This document shows, piece by piece, positions 30,308 through 40,300 of a stretch of DNA of 64,000 nucleotides (its first letter is position 1; every line of letters begins with the position of its first letter). The notes below the pieces were generated by a model. The model worked only from the letters and a program-made list of their open reading frames with translations. It was not told the origin of the DNA and made no database searches. The position numbers and the translations under genes are program-made. The stretch spans positions 96,001-160,000 of the forward strand of contig CAXXHA010000013.1 in the NCBI GenBank assembly GCA_963662265.2, in the 5' to 3' direction. Source of the stretch: Spirochaetia bacterium (GTDB lineage Bacteria > Spirochaetota > Spirochaetia > CADAEX01).

Positions 30308-32185
30308 ATGGCTCAGCACCAGTTTCAGACAGAAGTATCCCAGCTTCTTCATTTAATTATTCACTCCCTTTACTCACATAAGGAAATATTCTTAAGGGAG
30401 CTGATATCAAATTCTTCAGATGCTCTTGATAAACTGAAATATCTGACACTCACTGATGAAAACTACAAAAATATCCCGTTCGAACCTAAAATTGATATCA
30501 GTTTTACAGATTCAGATGAAAAGAAACTTGTTATTTCCGATACAGGTATAGGTATGAATGATGAGGACCTTGTCCTCAACCTGGGAACAATTGCAAGATC
30601 AGGAACAAAAAATTTCCTGAGCCAGCTTACAGGCGATTCAAGAAAAGACTCAAGTCTTATTGGACAGTTCGGGGTAGGGTTTTACTCGGCTTTCATGGTT
30701 GCAGACAAGATTGAAGTGGTTTCCAGAAAAGCCGGTGAAGACAAGGCCTGGAAATGGGTGAGCGACGGGAAAGGATCATACGAAATTTCCGAAGCGGAAA
30801 AAGAGACATGCGGAACAGAAATTACTCTTTTTCTTAATAAAGAGGGTGATGAGTATGCTTCCAGGTGGCAGATTGAATCAATCATAAAGAAATATTCAGA
30901 CCATATCCCTTTTCCTATCTTCCTTGAATATGAACACACTTCATTCGAGGGTGAAGGGGATGACAGGAAAGAGGTGAAGGAAACAAAAGTCGATCAGATC
31001 AACTCTGCATCTGCCCTCTGGAAAAGATCAAAATCCGATCTAACAGATGATGATTACAATGAGTTCTACAAGACAATTTCCCATGATACAGAAGAACCTC
31101 TCTACTATATCCATACAAAGGCTGAAGGAACCATGGAGTATACAACACTCTTTTTTATTCCGAAAACAGCTCCCTTCGACCTTTACCAGGCAGATTACAA
31201 GCCGGGTGTGAAGCTTTATGTATCAAGGGTTTTCATAACTGATGATGACAAGGAACTTCTTCCGACATACCTCAGGTTTTTAAGAGGTGTTATTGATTCT
31301 GAGGATCTTCCTCTCAATGTGAGCCGTGAAATCCTGCAGCAGAACAGGGTTATGACAAATATCAGAAACTCTTCTGTAAAGAAAGTACTTTCTGAGCTTA
31401 AGAGTCTTTCTGAAAGCAATCCTGAAAAATACCTGGAATTCATCAGGCATTACAACAGACCTCTTAAAGAGGGCCTTTATTCAGACTTTACAAACAGGGA
31501 CTCACTTCTTGAGCTTATAAGGTTCAAGAGTACAGAAAACGAAGGGTATGTAAGCCTTAATGACTATGTCGAAAAGATGGGGGATGATCAGAAAGCTATC
31601 TACTACATTACAGGCGGCAATGAGGATACACTCAGAAACTCTCCGCTTCTTGAAGCCTACAGAAAGAAGGGTATAGAAGTCCTTGTAATGGATGATGAAA
31701 TTGATGATATTGTTATTCCCACAATTGGTAAATACAAGGAAAAAGAGCTCAAGGCTGTTAACAGGACAGGCGCTGACGAAGATATCAAGACAGATGATGA
31801 CAAGGCAAAAGAGGAAGAGGCTAAACCTATCATTGAAAAAATCAGGGAAGCTCTCGGGGAAGAGGTAAAGGATGTCAAGGCATCTTCCCGTCTCTCAGAT
31901 TCCCCTTCATGCATTGTTGCTGATGCTGATGATCCGACAATGCAGATGCAGCAGATGCTCAAGGCAATGGGACAGACAGAAATGCCTGACTTCAAGCCTA
32001 TACTGGAGATCAATCCTGATCATGAAATTGTCAAAAAGCTTACAGGTTCAGATGATAAGGACCTTATTTCCGATGTAAGCTATCTTCTCCTTGACCAGGC
32101 AAGGCTTATCGAAGGGGGCGAGATAAAAAGCCCTGCTGATTTCGTAAAAAGGCTTAACAGGATCATGGGAAAGGCGGTAAATTAG
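30308..32185 (+). CDS. htpG: Chaperone HtpG (Hsp90)
   Basis: YSHKEIFLRELISNSSDA, DTGIGM, IGQFGVGFYSAF, LPLNVSRE. Confidence 0.98.
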   Translation: MAQHQFQTEVSQLLHLIIHSLYSHKEIFLRELISNSSDALDKLKYLTLTDENYKNIPFEPKIDISFTDSDEKKLVISDTGIGMNDEDLVLNLGTIARSGTKNFLSQLTGDSRKDSSLIGQFGVGFYSAFMVADKIEVVSRKAGEDKAWKWVSDGKGSYEISEAEKETCGTEITLFLNKEGDEYASRWQIESIIKKYSDHIPFPIFLEYEHTSFEGEGDDRKEVKETKVDQINSASALWKRSKSDLTDDDYNEFYKTISHDTEEPLYYIHTKAEGTMEYTTLFFIPKTAPFDLYQADYKPGVKLYVSRVFITDDDKELLPTYLRFLRGVIDSEDLPLNVSREILQQNRVMTNIRNSSVKKVLSELKSLSESNPEKYLEFIRHYNRPLKEGLYSDFTNRDSLLELIRFKSTENEGYVSLNDYVEKMGDDQKAIYYITGGNEDTLRNSPLLEAYRKKGIEVLVMDDEIDDIVIPTIGKYKEKELKAVNRTGADEDIKTDDDKAKEEEAKPIIEKIREALGEEVKDVKASSRLSDSPSCIVADADDPTMQMQQMLKAMGQTEMPDFKPILEINPDHEIVKKLTGSDDKDLISDVSYLLLDQARLIEGGEIKSPADFVKRLNRIMGKAVN

Positions 32186-32259
32186 GTAATATCTGCTTGA
32201 AAAATTAAATTAGGGAAATATTATATAAAATATTACAGGAATTGTTCCTGTTTAGTTTT

Positions 32260-32289
32260 GGGTATCCGGTTTGAGGATACCCTTTTTTT
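32260..32289 (+). terminator. Intrinsic terminator after htpG
   Basis: GGGTATCC-N7-GGATACCC followed by T7. Confidence 0.8.
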
Positions 32290-32530
32290 ATGCCGGAGAT
32301 TGTTCCTTTATATTTAAAAATTGATCTAAGATTTCCTTTCTGATCAGCCGAAATACTGATTACAGAAAACACATCCATATATTTGATTTTATGCTGTAAA
32401 TGCATTAGAATTTACCTACTAAAGTATTTTCAAAAATTAATAAATTTTAATATAATGGAAATGTTGTAAAAAGTTGTACTTGCCGTTTTACCGGCTATGC
32501 AGCCTCAATTATTTTCCGGAGGTGAAGTAA

Positions 32531-33751
32531 ATGAAAAAGTTAATTCCTTTTATTATAATACTTCTTATATCTGTATTAATATCATGTAATAACGGAATGG
32601 GGGCAGACAGTTCTGCCGATTCTGCAGATTCTTCCGCTCAGGTAGTAACAGACTCATCAAAAGGTGTTGTTTTTATTGATGAAGAAGGTTCGGAAACTGT
32701 TGTAAAGACAGAAGAAGACGGTGAAGAGATAATCTGTAAAGAGGTTATCGATTATGTTGTTCTGAATAATGATGAGCCTCTTTCAAAATCATCTGTAAAA
32801 GCAATCGGCCGCAAGAGAGCTATAATCCTTGGCTACCGAAGTGACGGATGTCCCGGCCTCTGGATTGTTTATTCAGGCGGAATAGTCAAACCTGTTGTAA
32901 ACAGTGAAGATATTGAAACTTCCGAGCTTCTTGAAATGGTTGAGGGCAGACAGCCTTTCTTCAAACATTTCGGATGGACATATAATGCTGTTGATATGGC
33001 TGTAAACGGCAATGAGATAGTTATTGCAGGGTATGCTGAAAACAAGGAAGGCTGGTGGATGATAGAGCCGGGAACAACTGTAGGCGTCTACTGGTCAGTT
33101 TATGAGGATTCAGAAGGATACTATCACATATCAAGGGCAAAGGTTGTCGGCTACAGGGATAATGACTGGTGGAGAAATCTCAAAAAAGAGATGAAGAAGC
33201 ATGGCTACAGATACCGCTGGAGATGGCTCAGGTCATTAAGGCTTTTCTTCTTCGGCTGGTATGACAGATACCTTACAATGACAGAATCTGTTGAAGTCGG
33301 GGAAAATCCGGGCGAATACCTTATAAAGGGAACAGATGATGAAGGGGAAGCTGCAGTTGCAACAGTAACCCGGTGGAAGGTGCTTGGTATTGAAAAGGCT
33401 CCGGAAGCACCTGATAATAACCCTCCATACCCGGTAACAGGCGATAAGAGGTCTCCGTTTGTATCAGAAGTGATTACTCCAATGTATGTTGCAGGGAATT
33501 CCAACCCTCAGTACTATTATCTATATGTAAAACAGGTTGACGGAAAAGATGACCCGGATGATGGCGATATTGTTACATTTGATTCTGACACTCTTCCATC
33601 TTACATGGAGCTTGATAAAGAAACCGGTGTTGTAACTATTACCGGTGCTCCGATTACTACTCAGGTTATAAAATTCTGGACTGTGGATAACCATGGTGCT
33701 GACAGCAGCGAAGAGAGTCTGGAAGTAACTTTCAGGTTTATTGGTAGTTAA
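32531..33751 (+). CDS. Lipoprotein with C-terminal Ig/cadherin-like domain
   Basis: Lipobox LISC; Ser/Asp linker; C-terminal NNPP...DPDDGD...LPSYMELDKETGVVTI domain. Confidence 0.75.
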   Translation: MKKLIPFIIILLISVLISCNNGMGADSSADSADSSAQVVTDSSKGVVFIDEEGSETVVKTEEDGEEIICKEVIDYVVLNNDEPLSKSSVKAIGRKRAIILGYRSDGCPGLWIVYSGGIVKPVVNSEDIETSELLEMVEGRQPFFKHFGWTYNAVDMAVNGNEIVIAGYAENKEGWWMIEPGTTVGVYWSVYEDSEGYYHISRAKVVGYRDNDWWRNLKKEMKKHGYRYRWRWLRSLRLFFFGWYDRYLTMTESVEVGENPGEYLIKGTDDEGEAAVATVTRWKVLGIEKAPEAPDNNPPYPVTGDKRSPFVSEVITPMYVAGNSNPQYYYLYVKQVDGKDDPDDGDIVTFDSDTLPSYMELDKETGVVTITGAPITTQVIKFWTVDNHGADSSEESLEVTFRFIGS

Positions 33752-33818
33752 TAGATTACAATCGGGGGAGATTTTTACATCATAGTTGAACCGAAGATGT
33801 TTATTGGAGGTCGATTCT

Positions 33819-34244
33819 ATGAGAAAAAGCAATTTCAATTTTATTGCAATAATATTATTGTTTTTACTGTTTTTTATAACCGGATGTTCAGAATCATCCG
33901 GTTCTGAAAACTCCCCCCCCTACCCGGTAACAGGTGATAATGTTACTCCATTTGTTGCCGAGGATCCTACTCCGGCAGCTTACGTTGCAGGGAATGCTAA
34001 TGAACAGTATTATTACCTTTTCATAGAAAAAGTTGACGGGAAAGAAGACCCTGATGGGGATACTGTATTTTTTAAATCAGAAACACTTCCCGGCTATATG
34101 GATCTTAATGCTTCAACAGGTGTTGTAACTATTATATCAGCTGACATAACATCAATAAGCATAGATTTCTGGAGTGAAGATGAAAATGGTAATGATACTC
34201 AGGATAAGAAATTCACAGTTTCATTTACTTTTGTAGGTTCATAA
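33819..34244 (+). CDS. Small lipoprotein consisting of a paralogous Ig/cadherin-like domain
   Basis: Start ATG 33819 after GGAGG; lipobox ITGC; domain aligns end to end with the C-terminus of the upstream protein. Confidence 0.78.
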   Translation: MRKSNFNFIAIILLFLLFFITGCSESSGSENSPPYPVTGDNVTPFVAEDPTPAAYVAGNANEQYYYLFIEKVDGKEDPDGDTVFFKSETLPGYMDLNASTGVVTIISADITSISIDFWSEDENGNDTQDKKFTVSFTFVGS

Positions 34245-34384
34245 CTAAATTTGTCGATAATACCCTAAAGTATATTAATTATTATAGTTTTCATTAACTG
34301 TAAATTATGGTGTAGAATGTATTTACTTTAAAAGTAATTGCAAAGGCGCTTGGTGTTAAGTAAAATTAATTACTGGTGGGTTAA

Positions 34385-37300
34385 ATGAAAAAAAATATCA
34401 TAATCTCTATATTTTCTCTATTGTTTCTATTCCCGATAGTTGTATTCTCTCAAACTCTCATTCCCCAGGGGACTGACAACTGGCTTTCTGGTGCAGGTAC
34501 ACCCGGTAGCGGTGATGTTGATGGTCTTAATGTAGTGTTTTTTGAGATCCCCGATACTGTAACAGGCCCTATTTATTTTGCTATAGAAGATCCTGGAATA
34601 GTTGAAGATGGGGGAACTCCCGGGACTGCCTTAAATCCGCAGGATCAGTGGATAATTGATGCTGGAGAGAGGATGACTTTCACACTTGTCGGCGGAGATG
34701 GTGCATTCAGTAATCCTGTTTCCAGAAAATATAAATATTCAACAAAGGCAGATGTTTACTCTTCAGGAACCGGGATCCAGCTTGACCAGCATATTTATAC
34801 ACCGGATGCCGTGGCCGGGGCTTTGAATCCGGAAACAACAGGATGGATTTATTTTAACCCTGTTTATCCTTCTCAGGGTGAACATATCGGTAATAAGTAT
34901 TATTTTAAAGTTATTGCTGAAGCCTCAACAGGTGCAAATTTTAAAAACGGCTACAGGTTTGATGCCTCATTAAGCAATGCAGGCAGTCCTACAGGGATTT
35001 CCGGGGGAGAAGCGTTTGCCTATTCATGGTGTGTGCTGTTTAGAGATGATATAGATGATTCATGGGACTTATATCCTTATGTTACCAGAAATGCAGTTCC
35101 TCCTGTAGTCCGTTTTATCGTTGTCGGGTGTTTTGATTTTGACCCATCAGGCGGAGTACCGACAGCTGCGATATATAACAAAGAGCCTGAAGGGGTTCCC
35201 TCTGCAATAACTGTTGATGGCCCCAGTAATGAGGTTGATAACGGAAGTGTAGAGATAACTGCTGGTGAAGATAACGGCACATGGAGGGTTAGGATTACAG
35301 AGACAGGATCTGTCGGATATCCTAACACTTCTGAGGTATGGGCATGGGAGAACGGAGCAGCAGAAAATGGAAATACAGTCCCTGATGAATCAACAGATAC
35401 AATGTACAGGATTTATTCTGGCTCCTATAATCCGCCGGATCCGCATCATATAGTTGCTGTTGCAGAGGATGGTACTGCAATTGATAATGATTCTGATACA
35501 GAAAAAATAACATTTCAGGTTGTTGATGATACAGGGACTCCATTGCCGTATAGTGAAAAAATCTGGATAGATTTATCAAGTTATACAGGTGTTACAATTG
35601 TTCAGAAAAATAATAATGCTGATATTGATAGTCCGACAGCTGTCGGAGCTAACACAACTCTGGTAACGACTGATGTAAGCGGTATAGGCTGGATTACAAT
35701 AAAGCGAACTGACCAGGCAGATAGTACTGTAACTGTTACACCTGTTACAAACGGCGGCAACAGTTCCAGTACTCTTCCCGGAACAAATACAAGTGCAGAT
35801 GTTTTTTTCGGCAATATAAATGCTCCAACCATCAGTTCTGCAGGGAATAACGATGAAAACATCAGCCAGTCTGGAACGCCTCTTGAAAATATTGTTATTA
35901 CTGAAACCGGGACAGGAGTTACACGTTCCCTGGTTAGCGGGGCTAACATAAGAATCAAACTTCCTTCAGTTCTAACTGATTCTGTATTTTCTGCTCCTGT
36001 GCCGACAGCAACTCCTTCTGGGGGCGGGTTTGCCGGGGTTGTGACAATTGCAGGCAATGTAATTACTGTTCCGATTACAGGGAATTTTGCAAATGGTGAT
36101 ACCCTGACCCTTTCAGGTATAACCGCAGATACAGGAACTGTTACAGGCAGTGGTAAAATCATTCTTGATTATGACGGCAGTCTGTCATATCTGGTTGAAG
36201 ATGATAAGGCGACTTCTGTAAAAAACCCTAATTTGAAGGAGTGGCTTGGATCTGCCGGAACAGGGTGGAATACCCCCGGAAACTGGTCAGGCGGATCTAT
36301 CCCTGTTGCAGGTCAGGATGTTGTAATAAGAAATGTTTTAAACCAGCCTGTTCTGGATATTGCAACAACACCGGCCCTTACATCGCTGACTATTGATTCC
36401 GGTTCAACACTTTCATTGAATGGAAATACGCTGCAGGCGACAACATTTGAAAACCAGGGTACATTAAAGGTTTCCGGAGGAGAAACTGTAACAAATTTTA
36501 CACTGGATACCGATTCAGGTACTGTTGAATATTCAGGTACAGGAAATACAATTGCAGCATGGGGAAATTATTATGACCTTGTGATTTCCGGAGGCACACG
36601 TACTCTTTCAGGAGCTGTAGTTCTCGGCGGAAGTCTTACAATATCAACAGGGGGAACTTTAAACTCAAGTAACCAGGGAATAACTCTTGCAGGCAACTGG
36701 AATAATTCCGGGACTTTTGTGAATACAACCTCTGAGACTGTCACTTTTCAGAACAATTCCGTAAATTCCATTATTTCTGGCAGTACCAGTTTTTATAATC
36801 TCGCAGTACCTTCTGCAGCAGCAGGTAAGACTATTCTTTTTGAGGACGGATCTACCCAGACTGTCAGAAATGATATATCGATAAACGGTACTTCCGGAAA
36901 TGAGATAATTCTTAAAAGTACAAATCCAGGAACACAGTGGACAATTCAAAATGATACTTCAACTCAGAATATTTCATATATAAATGTTACTGACAGCAAT
37001 GTTACAGGTTCAGGAGGAGATCTTTTAGCCAGCAGCAGTACAAATGGCGGTAATAATGATACCGGAGCGAGTCCTGCCTGGAATTTCAATCCTGTATTTA
37101 CCTGGACAGGAGGCGGCGGAGCTTCATGGAATACTCCAGGCAGCTGGGATCTTAATACAGTCCCTGTCTTCGGCAGTACTGTTGTTATTCCTGATGTAGG
37201 AACTGATCCGGTTCTTGCAGGAGCTGTAACTGTTAATAACCTTACAATACAGAATCTTGGAATATTATCGCTTAACGGCAATAATCTGACTGTTTCAAAT

Positions 37301-40300
37301 ACATTTGATATTCAGAATAATGGTACTTTACGTTTAATAGGTTCTGAAGCGTCTGTTTCTGTAATTGATACAAATAACGGGACAATTGAGTATATCGGAG
37401 GAGCGGCCGGTCAGAACAGTTATACCGGTCTCCCAACTGCAGCATCTCCCCATAACCATCTTATATTTAATGATACAACAGACGGTGATGATATATGGGC
37501 TCTTGGAGCCGCTCTGAATATTGGCGGTAATTTAACTGTAACAACAGGATCTTTTGATCTTGATGGGAATAATCTTGCAACAGTTACCGGTACTTTTCTT
37601 GTTGATACAAACGGTCAGCTTACTCTGATTGGTAATGAAACAGTTGCTGTTATAAATACAAATAACGGTACTATTAATTATAAAGGAGCTGCTGGTGTAA
37701 ATAATTACCCGTCTCTTCCAACTGCAGCATCTCCTCACAATCATGTGATTTTTAATGATATAGCAGATGGAAATGATACCTGGACTCTCGGGGCAGGACT
37801 TAATATTGGTGGTAATCTTTCCCGAACAGCCGGAAATATTTCCGCCGGGGCAAATGCTGTTTCAGTTGCAGGGAATATAATATACACAGCAGGGACTCTT
37901 ACAAGCACAGGGCTTGTAACCCTGAACGGAACAGCAGCGCAGAGCGTAAACTTTACAAATGCGACACTTACTGATCTGACATTGAATGCAACAGGTCCTG
38001 TGACAGCAGGAAGCGCGATAAGCTTATCAGGTACTTTAACCCGGACAGCCGGAAACCTAGCAATGGGAGCGAATGCGCTTACAGTGGGGGGGGATGTATC
38101 TTACACAGCCGGAACTCTTACAAGCACGGGACTTGTGACCCTGAACGGGACAGCCGCACAGAGCGTAAACTTTACAAATGCGACACTCGCTGACCTGACA
38201 CTGAATGCAACAGGCCCTGTAACAGCTGCAGGTCCTGTAAATATGAGCGGAACTTTAACCCGGACAGCCGGAAACCTCGCGATGGGAGCAAACACTCTCA
38301 CAGTGGGTGGAGATGTATCTTACACAGCAGGGACTCTTACAAGCACGGGGCTTGTGACCCTGAACGGGACAGCCGCACAGAGCGTAAACTTTACAAATGC
38401 GACACTTACTGATCTGATATTGAATGCAACAGGTCCTGTGACAGCAGGAAGTGCGATAAGCTTATCAGGTACTTTAAGTAGAACAGCTGGAAACCTCGCG
38501 ATGGGGGCAAACACTCTCACAGTGGGTGGCGATGTATCTTACACAGCCGGAACTCTTACAAGCACAGGACTTGTGATCCTGAACGGTATAGCAGCGCAGA
38601 GTGTAAACTTTACAAATGCGACACTTACTGACCTGACACTGAATGCAACAGGCCCGGTAACAGCTGCAGGTCCTGTAAATATGAGCGGGACTTTAAGTCG
38701 AACAGCCGGGAATCTCGCGATGGGAGCAAATGCCCTCACAGTAGGCGGAGATGTATCTTACACAGCAGGGACTCTTACAAGCACGGGGCTTGTTACTCTG
38801 AACGGAACAGCCGCGCAGAGTGTAAACTTTACAAATGCGACACTCGCAAATCTAACAATAAATTCAACAGGTCCTGTGACAGCAGGAAGCGCGATAAGCA
38901 TGAGCGGGACTTTAAGTAGAACAGCCGGAAACCTCGCGATGGGGGCAAATAACCTTACAGTGGGTGGAGATATAATATATACAGCCGGTTCTCTAACCTG
39001 TTCCGGGACATTGATTCTAAACGGAGCAGTTGCGCAGGCAATTGATTTGAGTAATACAACACTCACAAATATGACTGTAAATAAAACTGCAGGAACAGCA
39101 ACAGTCAGCACAGCTGTAACTTTATCGGGAACTTTAACCCGAACAGCCGGAAACCTCGCGATGGGAGCAAATGCCCTCACAGTGGGTGGCGATGTATCTT
39201 ACACAGCCGGAACTCTTACAAGCACAGGGCTTGTAACCCTGAACGGGACAGCAGCACAGAGCGTAAACTTTACAAATGCGACACTTACTGACCTGACATT
39301 GAATGCAACAGGCCCTGTAACAGCGGCAGGTCCTGTAAATATGAGCGGTACTTTAACCCGGACAGCCGGGAATCTCGCGATGGGAGCAAACACTCTCACA
39401 GTGGGTGGAGATGTATCTTACACAGCAGGGACTCTTACAAGCACGGGACTTGTGACCCTGAACGGGACAGCAGCACAGAGCGTAAACTTTACAAATGCGA
39501 CACTCACTGACCTGACACTGAATGCAACAGGTCCTGTGACAGCAGGAAGCGCGATAAGCTTATCAGGTACTTTAAGTAGAACAGCTGGAAACCTCGCGAT
39601 GGGAGCAAACACTCTCACAGTGGGTGGAGATGTATCTTACACAGCAGGAACTCTTACAAGCACGGGACTTGTGACTCTGAACGGGACAGCAGCGCAGAGC
39701 GTAAACTTTACAAATGCGACACTTACTGACCTTACACTGAATGCAACAGGCCCTGTAACAGCGGCAGGTCCTGTAAATATGAGCGGGACTTTAATCCGGA
39801 CAGCCGGAAACCTCGCGATGGGAGCAAATGCCCTCACAGTGGGTGGCGATGTATCTTACACAGCCGGAACTCTTACAAGCACGGGACTTGTGACCCTGAA
39901 CGGGACAGCAGCGCAGAGTGTAAACTTTACAAATGCGACACTTACTGACCTTACACTGAATGCAACAGGCCCGGTTACAGCGACAGGCCCTGTAAACATG
40001 AGCGGGACTTTAAGTAGAACAGCCGGAAACCTCGCAATGGGAGCAAATGCCCTCACCGTAGGTGGAGATGTCTCATATACAGCCGGAACTCTTACAAGCA
40101 CAGGGCTTGTGACCCTGAACGGGACAGCAGCGCAGAGTGTAAACTTTACAAATGCGACACTTACTGACCTTACACTGAATGCAACAGGCCCTGTAACAGC
40201 GGCAGGCCCTGTAAGCATGGGCGGGACTTTAACCCGGACAGCCGGAAACCTCGCGATGGGAGCAAATGCCCTCACAGTAGGCGGCGATGTATCATACACC

